Below are positions 19,500 through 30,502 of a stretch of DNA of 64,000 nt, piece by piece. The notes below the pieces were generated by a model. It was not told the origin of the DNA. It was given only the letters and a program-made list of their open reading frames with translations, and did no database searches. The translations under genes and the position numbers were made by a program. Source of the stretch: an uncultured Gammaproteobacteria bacterium (GTDB taxonomy: Bacteria; Patescibacteriota; Microgenomatia; CAYXHB01); contig CAZLQM010000001.1 in assembly GCA_964561945.1 (NCBI GenBank), forward strand, positions 25,655 to 89,654, given 5' to 3'. Each line of letters opens with the position of its first letter. Position 1 is the stretch's first letter.

Positions 19500-20267
19500 T
19501 TATCTGTGATTTTGTTGTAATTGCCAAAGCTTAATATAAGAAATAGATTTGCTAAATGCTTGATAAACCCCGTCTATTATTCCTTCGGTGTTATCTAAAA
19601 AACCCCGTTTGATGATAATTCTCGACCATATTTCTGAGATGAAGGGTCGAATAAAACGATAACTTTTCATTGGTGGGTGATTAGATTCAAATAAGAGTTG
19701 GCCTTCGGTATTTGACCAATTTTGAGTTTTTTCTACCATATCCTCTAAACTAGTATGTTTGAAATGATTGAGATAATTATGAAGATGACCCGTTTGACCT
19801 AATATCTTGGGTTGTTCATGGACTTTGCCTTGATAGCCAATCAAATTGGGTCGACGTATTAATCGCATAACATAATCCGGCCACCAGCCGGCGTGTTTCA
19901 TGGGTTTGTTTAAAATATAATTTAGACGTGGAATTGCAAAAGCCACAATCTGAGATTGATTGATTTTTTGAGTTATTTCTTGTGCAAGTTGAGGTGTGAC
20001 TTGTTCGTCTGCATCAATAAATAGTATCCAGTCATTGGTTGCTGATTTGGTGGCATTGTATCTCCATTGGCTGAAATGAGTTCCTGACTGTAGGACTATC
20101 TTAGATTTATAATGGGTGGCAATTTGTTCAAGTTCATTTGTGTGTGCACTAGTAGCTATGATTCGCTCTTGGCACCACATAAGCGAATTTAAAGCTTGAG
20201 GGAGTAATTGAATGGCGTCAAACCATTTGGGGTTGATAATTATAATTGCAGATATTGCTGAATTCAT
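19500..20267 (-). CDS. GT2 glycosyltransferase (KdtX/WaaE-like)
   Basis: WILFIDADE, GWWPDYVMRL, GKVHE. ATG at 20267 avoids overlap with the upstream gene. Confidence 0.82.
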   Translation of the reverse strand: MNSAISAIIIINPKWFDAIQLLPQALNSLMWCQERIIATSAHTNELEQIATHYKSKIVLQSGTHFSQWRYNATKSATNDWILFIDADEQVTPQLAQEITQKINQSQIVAFAIPRLNYILNKPMKHAGWWPDYVMRLIRRPNLIGYQGKVHEQPKILGQTGHLHNYLNHFKHTSLEDMVEKTQNWSNTEGQLLFESNHPPMKSYRFIRPFISEIWSRIIIKRGFLDNTEGIIDGVYQAFSKSISYIKLWQLQQNHR

Positions 20268-20280
20268 AAATATTGAACTG

Positions 20281-21192
20281 CTAAAAATAGCGACCTTTGC
20301 CAAAATTACGTAGGTAGAAATCTCTCACTCCACGTTTCTGATAAGGTCGGCCTGAGATTAATATTTTGAAACTTTCTCGTATTAAAGAAAGCTTAGTTCT
20401 TAGTGGGGCATATCTTTGGCCGAGTAATAAGCGATTGCGAGTTAAATAATAATCATGCAAATTTGAACCTGATCCGCTGGATGAGGAATTAATGTGCCAG
20501 AGTTTGGCGGATGGCACATACCAAATTTGATCATTATCGTTAATTCTTAGACATAAATCTGAGTCTTCATAATAAAGATAGTATCTATTATCGAATAGAT
20601 CTTGCTCTTGCCATAGTTTCTTATGGATAAGCATTGAGCAACCTGTAGCAACGGGAATTTGAGTTGGTTGGTCATATTGACCTTGATCAACTTCGTCAAT
20701 GCCTCGGTGCGAAATTATTAAATTATCCCAATCTATCACACCGCCTGCATACCAAATGACTTTGCCAATGTCTTCTTGGGTGTATCTCTGATGATGATAT
20801 TCACGATGTGGGGCAAAATAGATTTTTGGGCTTAAAATTACTGATTGCGGTTTGGTTTGGGCAAATGTATATAAATTATTTAATAAATTAGAGTGGCTAA
20901 TTGTGTCATTGTTGAGCAGAAAAACCCAGTCTGCATCTATTTCTCTTGCATATACGACTCCAAGATTATTACCACCAGTAAACCCACTGTTTTGGTTGTT
21001 AGTTATAATTTTGAGTTTAGGAAATTTGGCAGATAAATAATTAACTGAGTCGTCTTGAGAATTATTGTCTACAACAACGACCTGATGGTTAATGCCCTTT
21101 GGAATAATTAATTTATTTAGTGATTTTATACAATTATACGTATCTGACTTACCGTTGTAGTTAAGAATTATTGTAACGATTGTTATAGCCAT
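20281..21192 (-). CDS. GT2 glycosyltransferase (WbbL-like)
   Basis: ILNYNG, VVDNNSQD, NSGFTGGNN, LLNND, YYEDSDLC. Confidence 0.88.
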   Translation of the reverse strand: MAITIVTIILNYNGKSDTYNCIKSLNKLIIPKGINHQVVVVDNNSQDDSVNYLSAKFPKLKIITNNQNSGFTGGNNLGVVYAREIDADWVFLLNNDTISHSNLLNNLYTFAQTKPQSVILSPKIYFAPHREYHHQRYTQEDIGKVIWYAGGVIDWDNLIISHRGIDEVDQGQYDQPTQIPVATGCSMLIHKKLWQEQDLFDNRYYLYYEDSDLCLRINDNDQIWYVPSAKLWHINSSSSGSGSNLHDYYLTRNRLLLGQRYAPLRTKLSLIRESFKILISGRPYQKRGVRDFYLRNFGKGRYF

Positions 21193-21201
21193 GAAGAATT
21201 G

Positions 21202-22098
21202 TTAAAAAAATTTACTTTTGAGCTTATGCATGATACGCTGGGTGGAATTTGTTTGAGTTTGGGATTGCCAGTAATAATAGTCTTTGATTTGTTTATTAAT
21301 AATGCTGGAAACAGAACTCTGAGAAAGATTGTCTGGTTTGAATTTGGTTGATTGCCACAGTTTGAGATAAAGAACTAATTCTGAAACAGATTGAAGTAAG
21401 CAAATTGCGAGTCCATGCAATCCATCTTTATACCCCTGACCTGCGAAATATCGACTTAGAAACTCAGATGTTGGTTTGGTAATTAAATCTGGCCATGTAA
21501 ATTTATATCTTTGATTAATTAAATTAATAACTTGCTGGTCTGTATATCGATTCACCCTGCTTATAAATTGTGAAATGTTCTGATAATTATGATGCTCTAT
21601 ACTTAAATTTTCATTTGGTTCTATGAAATATTCTTTACCTTTTTTTTGAGGAATTGAGTGTATTTCATCATTCCAGATGACTTGATTTCTTTTGAAGAAA
21701 CGGATGTTATAGTCTGGCCACCATCTCGCATACTTGATAGCTTGACCAAAGATAATGTTATTTCGCGGGACCCATACGTAGTCTGCAAGTTGATTCTGGA
21801 TAATTCGATCAAATTCAAAAAGTAATTGCCGATTTGCACGCTCATCAGCGTCAATAATAAAAATCCAGTTTCCAGATGCTTTGGAAATAGCGAAGTTTCT
21901 GGCTGGTTCTACATAGCCAACATTGGGATGGTTAAAAATGGTGAGATTGTTATCCTTGGCAATCTTGATTGTATCGTCCGTACTCTCCATATCGACCAAA
22001 ATAATTTCGTCCGCCCAGTTCTTAATTGAATCGACACACCCCTGAAGCATTTCTTGTTCGTTGCGTGTATTGATGACTACAGATTTGGTTATTTTCAT
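21202..22098 (-). CDS. GT2 glycosyltransferase (KdtX/WaaE-like)
   Basis: VDMESTDDT, ARNFA, IIDADER, WWPDYNIRFF. Confidence 0.88.
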   Translation of the reverse strand: MKITKSVVINTRNEQEMLQGCVDSIKNWADEIILVDMESTDDTIKIAKDNNLTIFNHPNVGYVEPARNFAISKASGNWIFIIDADERANRQLLFEFDRIIQNQLADYVWVPRNNIIFGQAIKYARWWPDYNIRFFKRNQVIWNDEIHSIPQKKGKEYFIEPNENLSIEHHNYQNISQFISRVNRYTDQQVINLINQRYKFTWPDLITKPTSEFLSRYFAGQGYKDGLHGLAICLLQSVSELVLYLKLWQSTKFKPDNLSQSSVSSIINKQIKDYYYWQSQTQTNSTQRIMHKLKSKFF

Positions 22099-22115
22099 AT
22101 ATATATTTTATCTTA

Positions 22116-25100
22116 TTAATGTATCTTATAAATATTGATCAACCCATTATCATATAGTAGTCTTGCATTGAGTTCATGAAGCATATAGGGGAAAGGCTCA
22201 TCCGCGCGGTGATAAAAGTACATAACTTGGTTATCTTTTATGAACTCCTGAGCAGAAGATAATGATTTTGTCTGATAAAAAGCCATTATTTGATTACGTT
22301 TGGTTTTCCAATCTAAACCTAGAATTTCTAAATTAACTTCGTCTTCTAGTACTGAAGGCTGAAAACTAATAGCAGAAATATAGGCTGTCGACTCATATGC
22401 AAATAAGGGGCGAGGCTCATCATATTTAAATTTGAGTTCCTTTTGATATGGGTACGACAAAACATGACCCGTGTCTTGTTTTTTGAGGAAATTAAGTGCG
22501 TGCATTTCTTCTGTTGGAATTCGACTTGGAGATCTTGACGGTAAATAATGTTTGAGCGTTCCATAGGTTGTAGGTATATTTATGATAATAAGAAGAATAA
22601 ATATTGCGTTTCTCAAAAAGAAAAATTTGATTTTGGAAATGGCGATTGCAGTCCAGATGCTGGAAATAAACAAACTATAATACATAAATTGAATAGTGTT
22701 CCACGAGGTGCCTTTTTGAATAAAAAAGAGTGGAAATAAAATACCAAAGATAAAAATGTAAAACATTAATTTAGAAACGTAGTCTTTATTCGGAGAATTA
22801 AATATATAATCAAGGATTCCAATTACACGCGTCCAAAAATTACCAATAATGAATATTGCTGTGCTTAGTCCAAATGCCAAAAATAATTTGGGGTAGTTAT
22901 GGTTAGTCTGATAAGCTTGAATTGCATTAGCCATATTTATCCAATGGAAGCGATCATTATCTTGAAGCATTGTCGTGATAAACCAGAATGGTTGCCAAAC
23001 AAAAAACGAGTTTGATGAATTATTAATATTTATAAATGGAAATAAAAATATGAAACTAATTGTGCAACTTAAGATTAGTAATTTGGTAATAGGTGCGAAA
23101 TTATGATTTATAATTCTTGTTTTAAATCTAGAAGTGATATTTCCTGTTCTAATCAACTCTTCAATTGAAAGAAGTGCTAAGCCTAGTATTACTAGTATGC
23201 TTGAATAAATTTTTGTTTGAGCTAACAAACCCACAAAGATAGCAAGAAGGAATAATAAATTAATTGTTGGCTTGTGAATATATTTATTAAAACTGATTAA
23301 GAATAACAAGAGAATAACAAGAGAAAGAGCAAATGGAGGATTAATTAGTGTAGAAATAGATTGTTGTGCCCAAAATGTTGTTTCTCCCCCTGTAGATTTG
23401 GAGTTAATTAAACTAAATATCCAGCCTGCACTACCCGCTGTAAAGGCGCTGAAAATTGCAAACATTGGGGCTGTCTTATTATTAGAAATTTGTTTGGTGA
23501 AAAACCAAAGTAGGGTTGCAATAATAATCGAGATAAGAAATGGCATTAGATGAAAATATGTCGTTATTAATGACAAGTTAGTGATACGGGAAATAAACGC
23601 TAGTAATGCATCATAAAAGAAATGATAATTTTGTAATTTTGTATTTGCTAATAAGGGATTTTCTAATGAAAAAGTTTTTTGGAAACTGGAGGCAATAGAA
23701 AGATGCCAAATGGCATCGTGTCCATTGGGTCCCCAAAAACCTAAGCCATAATTCATAAGTTGCCCGCTTCTGATCATGACAAGTGACCATATAGCTGAAA
23801 CAAATATAATAATGAATGGGGTCAAGAATTGCCTGAAAGTTATTATTAAAATAAATAAACTAACACCGATTACGATAACGTAATCAATATAGTCATATTT
23901 GGGCCACAATGATTTCCATGGTGGATTGAGATTATCAGAAATATTTAGAGCTGTATCAATTTGCGCAGGTATCGTAAGTAAGAGATTCGAATGTGGGTTG
24001 CGATTAGCAATAAATGGCTCTGGATAAGTTGAGTCATAATTGCGGAGGTCTCGAATAGTTGTTTGCCCATTTACACTCAAAAGTCCTTTACGGTGAGTTG
24101 AATCCATTTTCCATTCGGCAAGTTCATTTATATTTAAGGGATTATTCAATGAGATAGTATGCGACGGAGAAGTTGAGTATTTTTTCAAATACCAATTGGC
24201 AAATTGTTTAAATTGAACAACCTCTAGTTCTTGTTTTTTTGCCCTATTGGAAACGTAAGTAAGTTGGTTAGCGACTTCAGGTCCGTATTTTTCTAAATCA
24301 TAATCATTCTCGATACCGATTAATAGAAATCCAAATTGATTTGAATCATTATCAAGATAGCTACTAGCAATTTGTTTGAAATAATTTATATCTAGAGAAT
24401 GAAGCATGTAATCATTGGCTTGGACGCTATGGGTACTTTGGTGAACACTTAAGCCATATCCATTGACAGCATCTCTGGCCGCCCACTGACCTACAACTAG
24501 GGGCATTCTAGAATCTTCTGTATTTGCTGGTACAAGTATGTTCTGAAGAGATGGAATATAGGGGACTCCCCAGTAGCTTCCCCATAACTGGTAATGATCA
24601 GTGCTATATTGGTCTGCACAAATTATAATTCCAGTGACCCCATATTTATCTGTTAGGTATTTAGCAGAAAAAGCATCAATGTGCCACGCCCCAACTGTAC
24701 GAGGATATTGCCCGTATATTGTCAAAAACTTATTCATAGTTCGGTCAATTAAATTAATCCTTTCATTAATTGAATAGCCAGACAAGAAGATTGCATTGGC
24801 ATCATACCAGTATGAATTGGGATCATATTGAACATCTGCCTCGCCTGCGAGCGACTTGGTTATTTCCATAAAGACTCCGACTTCGTCTTGAGGCTGTCTT
24901 GATTTAATTAACTTATTAATTTGTGGATCAAGCATGGCATCGAACCGCATTAGCCATGTTGCAGAAACTTGATTTGAAGTTACGATATTAGCCAACATTT
25001 GTGTTTGGGAAAAAGGGCTTGAAGCGTTAGTCCAGTTATCACTACCTCTGATCGGATAAACAGGAGAGACAAATTTGGAAGCAGCTTGAACAGACGAAAG

Positions 25101-25163
25101 TTGCCCGGCAAATATAGTAAATAAAAAAGTAAGTAAAAATATTTGTTTTATTTGGTTGGCCAT
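22116..25163 (-). CDS. Large membrane protein: extracellular deacetylase/GH-like domain plus GT-C-like multi-TM domain
   Basis: Signal peptide, ATWLMRFDA/EVGVFME/YPRTVGAWHID domain, then many TM helices with GPNGHDAIWH and YHFFYD. The domain calls are inferential. Confidence 0.55.
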   Translation of the reverse strand: MANQIKQIFLLTFLFTIFAGQLSSVQAASKFVSPVYPIRGSDNWTNASSPFSQTQMLANIVTSNQVSATWLMRFDAMLDPQINKLIKSRQPQDEVGVFMEITKSLAGEADVQYDPNSYWYDANAIFLSGYSINERINLIDRTMNKFLTIYGQYPRTVGAWHIDAFSAKYLTDKYGVTGIIICADQYSTDHYQLWGSYWGVPYIPSLQNILVPANTEDSRMPLVVGQWAARDAVNGYGLSVHQSTHSVQANDYMLHSLDINYFKQIASSYLDNDSNQFGFLLIGIENDYDLEKYGPEVANQLTYVSNRAKKQELEVVQFKQFANWYLKKYSTSPSHTISLNNPLNINELAEWKMDSTHRKGLLSVNGQTTIRDLRNYDSTYPEPFIANRNPHSNLLLTIPAQIDTALNISDNLNPPWKSLWPKYDYIDYVIVIGVSLFILIITFRQFLTPFIIIFVSAIWSLVMIRSGQLMNYGLGFWGPNGHDAIWHLSIASSFQKTFSLENPLLANTKLQNYHFFYDALLAFISRITNLSLITTYFHLMPFLISIIIATLLWFFTKQISNNKTAPMFAIFSAFTAGSAGWIFSLINSKSTGGETTFWAQQSISTLINPPFALSLVILLLFLISFNKYIHKPTINLLFLLAIFVGLLAQTKIYSSILVILGLALLSIEELIRTGNITSRFKTRIINHNFAPITKLLILSCTISFIFLFPFININNSSNSFFVWQPFWFITTMLQDNDRFHWINMANAIQAYQTNHNYPKLFLAFGLSTAIFIIGNFWTRVIGILDYIFNSPNKDYVSKLMFYIFIFGILFPLFFIQKGTSWNTIQFMYYSLFISSIWTAIAISKIKFFFLRNAIFILLIIINIPTTYGTLKHYLPSRSPSRIPTEEMHALNFLKKQDTGHVLSYPYQKELKFKYDEPRPLFAYESTAYISAISFQPSVLEDEVNLEILGLDWKTKRNQIMAFYQTKSLSSAQEFIKDNQVMYFYHRADEPFPYMLHELNARLLYDNGLINIYKIH

Positions 25164-26608
25164 ATTGATTTGGTAAATTTAGCAATCAAGTCATTTACTA
25201 AAACAGGAGCCATTAACTTTAGAGCAATAAAATAAATAATAGCGCTGGTTGTAACTGTTAACAATAAATTAACCCAAGATAGAGCCATATAATGACTGAG
25301 TAATACTGCGCATGCTCCCATGATAGTAACGGATAAAAACGGTGGTAAGAGGGCGGTTGTAAAACTAAAATTAACGAATTTTTTGAGAATCAACAAAGGA
25401 ATGATTGAAGCAAAAGAAATTATTCCAACTCCAATGGCGACGCCTTCATAGCCGTACATCCAACCCAAAGGTGCGACAATTAACCAAGTTAAAATAGTCC
25501 ACATGATCATTAGTTTGGTGACTATTTTGATATGGCCAATTGCAGCTAGGGCATTAGTTGCTGGAGTTGACACTGCGGCCCATAGGCTGTTAATAGCATA
25601 AAGATAGAAAAGAAAAATGGCTGGCTCCCATTTATTGTATCTAGGGATTAGCTTAATTAGGACATCAAGAATTGCTGCGGCGCCAACCACGAAGGGAAAT
25701 ACTGAGGCAGCCGAGAAAAAGATCATTTTGGTTATTGCTGATTGTAGCTTGGATTGATTATCTTGAATTTGGGAGATTGCGGGAAAGGTAACACGGGTTA
25801 CGTTGTCTGAAATGAAACGCAGAGGTTTCTGTGACCAAGTTTGAGCCCATCCCAAATATCCTAAACCGGATGGACCTACGACACCACCGAGAATTACATT
25901 AAGCAGTCTGTCTTTGATGGCGGCAATTATTGTATTTAGTTGATATGGAACCCCAAACTTGAGTAGCTTCTTAATGGATGATTTGTCCCAGGCTAAACCG
26001 ATACGCCAAGGAGAAAGTATGTAGATAGTAAATAAGCCAACGACGCCTCGGGCTATAACAGCAAAAGAATAACTGTTGATACCGAATCCCTTGATTGCCA
26101 TTACTACAGCAATCGAATAGAAAATAATGGTTTCGATGGTTTCTACGATTACAAGTTTTTCAAACTTGAGAGATCTCTCGATGAGGACTGAGGGGATGGT
26201 CTTGAGCGATGCTAAGAAAAATCCAAATAGAACCGATGCCCACAATAAGATAGTCTGATTGTCCCAACCATAGACGTGAGCTAAAAGTGGTGAAATGACC
26301 AATCCAGTGATACATAAAGTTCCAAATAATAATTGTTGGATTGTAAAACTAGTTCGTAAATCATTTAGAGTAGGAATGTTTTTTTGCTGGATAAGTGAAG
26401 CTGACAAACCTACGTCAGAAAAATAACTTAGGATGCCTACTAATTCATTCACAAGGAAGAAAATACCAAATTCTTTGGGGGAAAGATATTGAGTTAGAAA
26501 GAAAATACCAACCAAACTAAAGAGTTGCAAGAAACCACTCCTACTGACAAGAACTATCATGCTTCGAGTTACATTGGTACTTATTTCATGATGAGTTTGA
26601 TTAGTCAT
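25148..26608 (-). CDS. wzx: Wzx-type oligosaccharide flippase
   Basis: LSPKEFGIF, SDVGLSASLIQ, about 12-14 TM helices, located in a GT cluster. Confidence 0.85.
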   Translation of the reverse strand: MTNQTHHEISTNVTRSMIVLVSRSGFLQLFSLVGIFFLTQYLSPKEFGIFFLVNELVGILSYFSDVGLSASLIQQKNIPTLNDLRTSFTIQQLLFGTLCITGLVISPLLAHVYGWDNQTILLWASVLFGFFLASLKTIPSVLIERSLKFEKLVIVETIETIIFYSIAVVMAIKGFGINSYSFAVIARGVVGLFTIYILSPWRIGLAWDKSSIKKLLKFGVPYQLNTIIAAIKDRLLNVILGGVVGPSGLGYLGWAQTWSQKPLRFISDNVTRVTFPAISQIQDNQSKLQSAITKMIFFSAASVFPFVVGAAAILDVLIKLIPRYNKWEPAIFLFYLYAINSLWAAVSTPATNALAAIGHIKIVTKLMIMWTILTWLIVAPLGWMYGYEGVAIGVGIISFASIIPLLILKKFVNFSFTTALLPPFLSVTIMGACAVLLSHYMALSWVNLLLTVTTSAIIYFIALKLMAPVLVNDLIAKFTKSIWPTK

Positions 26609-26629
26609 GGGTTTGAAATTTGGATGTAA

Positions 26630-28168
26630 CTAAGGACGCGTAACTTGATATAGCATGAGTGATTGATGAGTCCCATCGGGCCTAGTGGCTTTGGGGAAGC
26701 TCTGAACTAGAACGAGATTGGAAGATTGAATATCTTTGATCTTAAGACGTTCGTCATTGAATACAAGATAAACTAAGTTTTCTTGAGTAGCATCAAGGAG
26801 AGATTGCGGAACTTGATCAATGATGAATGAATGACCAATGACAGTAACATTGGGGCGTTTATCAAAATATATTTGCAATCCATCTGGGGTGGTGCCAAAA
26901 AAGCCTTCTGTACCTACGACGATACGATTCGAATGACTTTGGCGGTCGATATAACTAGCTATTTGATCTAAGCCTTGTCCTGCTGTCCATTCTTCTAGGT
27001 ACCCTGATCTTTCGATGCGAGGCAGATTGGCTTGGTCTGGATTTGTAATAATGATTATGGATTGATGTAAGCCATATCCGAAGAGGATAATGAGAAAAAG
27101 TAATTTGAGAAAAAGATTTTTGCGATAATGATAAAAAACCTGTGTAAATCCAATTGAAGCTAAAATTAAGAATGGTGGCACTATAAAAAAGAAGTACCGA
27201 GCGGTTAACCCACGGGCGACAAAAATTTGGATAATAGATGGACCGACTATCCAGAGGAGGAAAAATAAGACTTTGGTTTTTTTTGTTCGAAATAGAAAGA
27301 ATATGCCTAAGGATGAAAATATTAAAACGCCAGGAGTTATCAAATACCAGATAAAACTTACAAAAGCTGAGGCGTTAGTTTGGAAAATGCCAATTGGGTT
27401 AGCTATAATTTCGGAGAATGGGAAACGGTAATCTTGATTACGCAGTGAAATTTGATGGAACTCTGGTCCAAGTCTAAGAACATTGTAAATTGCATAGGCA
27501 ATAACCAAGGTCAGAGACAATAAAATTGCAAATTTCAAATAGTGCCAGCAATTAAAGCGAGGAAGCAAAAGGGGGGCCATAACTCCTAGAAAGATGAAAA
27601 CTATGGCTGGAGATTTGGTAAGGAGTGCAAGTCCAAGCACTCCTCCACTGATTAATGCAGTGTCTAGACGAGTGTATTTGGCTATTAAATATGTAAAAAC
27701 TAACGACCAAATTCCAAACATTAAAAGTAAACTATCTGCCAATGCGTATCTATCAAAAAATAAAGTGTACGGGATAATGGCATATAATAAACCTGTGATC
27801 AAAGAGGTTAGGCGACGCTTGGTGAGTAAATAAGTTAGAATATATAAACCTATTACACTTGAAGTACCTGCAAATATAGAAACTAATCTGCCTGCGTAGA
27901 GAGGGTTGGAAATTAATTTAAGGAAAGGGATAATCAGCCACATAAATAAAGGTTGCTTGCCATCTGTCAAAGGTAAAAAACGCAAAGTGGGCTCGGCACG
28001 CATAACTTGAGCCCAGCGGATATATATAGCTTCGTCAGCAAAGATTGGCCAAATTAGTAAGTTGATAATTCTCAACCCAAAGGTAATTAATACAAGGGAA
28101 ACTATAAGAAGCAGATGTGGTTTGAGTTTGCGCCAAATTGTTAGGGCTTGTTGAGGAGTATCAAACAT
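26630..28168 (-). CDS. GT-C (ArnT/PMT-like) glycosyltransferase
   Basis: PIFADEAIY, KQPLFMW, GRLVS, LLTK. ATG at 28168 overlaps the upstream gene's 3' end. Confidence 0.82.
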   Translation of the reverse strand: MFDTPQQALTIWRKLKPHLLLIVSLVLITFGLRIINLLIWPIFADEAIYIRWAQVMRAEPTLRFLPLTDGKQPLFMWLIIPFLKLISNPLYAGRLVSIFAGTSSVIGLYILTYLLTKRRLTSLITGLLYAIIPYTLFFDRYALADSLLLMFGIWSLVFTYLIAKYTRLDTALISGGVLGLALLTKSPAIVFIFLGVMAPLLLPRFNCWHYLKFAILLSLTLVIAYAIYNVLRLGPEFHQISLRNQDYRFPFSEIIANPIGIFQTNASAFVSFIWYLITPGVLIFSSLGIFFLFRTKKTKVLFFLLWIVGPSIIQIFVARGLTARYFFFIVPPFLILASIGFTQVFYHYRKNLFLKLLFLIILFGYGLHQSIIIITNPDQANLPRIERSGYLEEWTAGQGLDQIASYIDRQSHSNRIVVGTEGFFGTTPDGLQIYFDKRPNVTVIGHSFIIDQVPQSLLDATQENLVYLVFNDERLKIKDIQSSNLVLVQSFPKATRPDGTHQSLMLYQVTRP

Positions 28169-28922
28169 AGAGACCCTTAAGATCATTTAATCTGACTCTG
28201 AGTATTTGTTTAATCATGTCAAGTGATTCTTGAATAAACTTTTGGGCAGTACGGTCTTTGCTGGTACTAAGGTCACTATCTTCCCATTTCACGGGAACTT
28301 CTTTGATAGAATGTTTGAACTTCTGAGCAAGAAAAAGAAACTCTACATCCCAAGCGGCTACTGTCCACCCTTTAGCAGAATGTGTTTGGTCGAAAATCAT
28401 CATTTTGGAAAAAATATCTTTGGCAATATCAGTTTGAACTAGCTTAAAACCACATTGTGTGTCTTTGATTTGAGAAAGAAGTAGGCTGCGACGAAAAATG
28501 CCGAATAAATTTGAAGCCAGCTTGCGCCAAATAGAAGAGTTTTTGCGCTGGTTACCACGCGATCCGATGACAACAGGAAATCCTGATTCTGCGAATTTGA
28601 TTAATTTATTAACTTGATCAATGGGAGTAGATTGATCCATATCGGTAAATAAGGTGTAGGCGCCTCTAGCATTATGAAGTCCTGCGCGTAAAGCAAAGGC
28701 TTTGCCTCCGTGAGCATTTTTGAGTAAATGGATGTGAGAATTGAGGTGTTTTTGGACATAATCAATGCTTCCATCAGTGCTTTGGTCATCTGAGACAATT
28801 ATTTCGTATGTGAAGTTTTGTTTTGATAAATAATTATCAAGATCTAACAAAGCACCATTATTGAGATTTTGCAACTCGTTGTAGCAAGGAACTACAATTG
28901 ATAAATAAATATTAGAGTTCAT
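28161..28922 (-). CDS. Polyprenyl-phosphate glycosyltransferase (DPM/ALG5-like GT2)
   Basis: VVPCYNE, DDQSTD, FTDMD, VIGSR, DTQCGFKL. Confidence 0.88.
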   Translation of the reverse strand: MNSNIYLSIVVPCYNELQNLNNGALLDLDNYLSKQNFTYEIIVSDDQSTDGSIDYVQKHLNSHIHLLKNAHGGKAFALRAGLHNARGAYTLFTDMDQSTPIDQVNKLIKFAESGFPVVIGSRGNQRKNSSIWRKLASNLFGIFRRSLLLSQIKDTQCGFKLVQTDIAKDIFSKMMIFDQTHSAKGWTVAAWDVEFLFLAQKFKHSIKEVPVKWEDSDLSTSKDRTAQKFIQESLDMIKQILRVRLNDLKGLYV

Positions 28923-29020
28923 GTTTTTGCTAATTGTATCTGTTTTATATGGTAATTGTCGATTAAAATTGAATGGTTGATAAATGAAATTTTAGATTCC
29001 GGATAAGACTATACCAGAGC

Positions 29021-30502
29021 ATGAGAACAAACACATCAAAGGCAATTATAATAGGTGCAGGTTTCGGAGGCTTGGCAGCTGCTGCTCTATTGGCTAAAGA
29101 TGGGTACGATGTGGAGGTATTTGAAAAAAATAATCAACCTGGAGGCAGAGCTCAAGTTTGGAAAAAAGATGGTTTTTTGTTTGATATGGGACCTTCGTGG
29201 TATTTGATGCCAGATGTGTTTGAGAAATTCTTCGGTGAGTTTGGACGTAAACCTAGTGATTTTTTTAAGTTGAAAAGACTAGATCCTTCGTATCGGATTT
29301 GGTTTGGGGAAAATGACTATATTGATATGCCCACAGATCTTAGTGAAATTAAGAAAATATTTGCTAAGTTAGAGGTAGATGGAGATAAAAAATTAGAAAA
29401 ATATTTAGCACAAGCCAAGTATCAATATGATGTGGCTATGGATCGTTTTATTTATCGGTCTTATAATTCCTGGAAGGACATTCTAGATAAGCAATTAATG
29501 GTTGAGGGAGCCAAGTTAAATGTATTTGGGAGTATGGGGAAATTGGCAGAAAAGTATTTTGATTCTGAGAAAGCTAGAAAAATATTGCTCTATACAATTG
29601 TTTTCTTAGGTGGATCTCCCAAAGTAACCCCTGCTCTGTACTCAATAATGACACATATCGATTTTTCACTGGGTGTTTGGTATCCAATGGAAGGAATAAA
29701 CAAAGTAGCCTTAGCAATAGAGTCATTAGGAAAAAAGCATGGAGCTAAGTTTCATTATAGTAAGGCTGTCGATGAGATTATAGTAGAGGAAGGGAAAGCC
29801 GTTGGAGTTAGGATTGGTAAAAAAATTAACAAAGCTGACCTTGTAGTGGTCAACGCAGATTATCATTTCGCAGAAACTTGTTTACTTGAAAGTAAATATC
29901 AATCCTACCCAGAGAAATACTGGAAAAAGAAAACTGTGGCTCCTTCGGCATTAATCTTTTATCTCGGTATTAGTAAGAAAATAAAAAATTTGCAACATCA
30001 TACACTTTTTTTTGATGGTGATTGGGAGGCACATTTTGAAAACATCTTTAGTAATCCGTCTTGGCCCCGAAGTGATCCTTCTTTTTATGTCTGTGCTCCA
30101 TCTAAAACTGATAATACTGTAGCCCCAAAGAATATGGAAAATCTATTTGTGTTAATTCCCGTGGCAAGTGGACTTGATGATAATGAAGGCACACGGGAAA
30201 AGTATTTTGAGCAAGTAATTGATAGAATGGAAAAATTAACTAGAGAATCAATAAAGGAACATATAATAGTAAAGCGTTCTTTTGCTCATAAGGATTTTGC
30301 TAAGGAATACAACGCCTACAAAGGAACTGCACTGGGACTAGCGCACACGTTGTCACAAACTGCTTTTTTGAGACCCAAACAAAAGAGTGATAAAGTACAA
30401 AACTTATTTTATACAGGGCAATACACACATCCTGGAATTGGAATGCCTATTACTTTGATTTCTTCATCAATTCTGCATCATACTTTGACTCATGAGAAAT
30501 GA
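29021..30502 (+). CDS. crtI: Phytoene/carotenoid desaturase (CrtI/CrtD family)
   Basis: GAGFGG FAD motif, PGGRA, FDMGPSWYLMPDVFE, LFYTGQYTHPGIGMP. Confidence 0.9.
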   Translation: MRTNTSKAIIIGAGFGGLAAAALLAKDGYDVEVFEKNNQPGGRAQVWKKDGFLFDMGPSWYLMPDVFEKFFGEFGRKPSDFFKLKRLDPSYRIWFGENDYIDMPTDLSEIKKIFAKLEVDGDKKLEKYLAQAKYQYDVAMDRFIYRSYNSWKDILDKQLMVEGAKLNVFGSMGKLAEKYFDSEKARKILLYTIVFLGGSPKVTPALYSIMTHIDFSLGVWYPMEGINKVALAIESLGKKHGAKFHYSKAVDEIIVEEGKAVGVRIGKKINKADLVVVNADYHFAETCLLESKYQSYPEKYWKKKTVAPSALIFYLGISKKIKNLQHHTLFFDGDWEAHFENIFSNPSWPRSDPSFYVCAPSKTDNTVAPKNMENLFVLIPVASGLDDNEGTREKYFEQVIDRMEKLTRESIKEHIIVKRSFAHKDFAKEYNAYKGTALGLAHTLSQTAFLRPKQKSDKVQNLFYTGQYTHPGIGMPITLISSSILHHTLTHEK

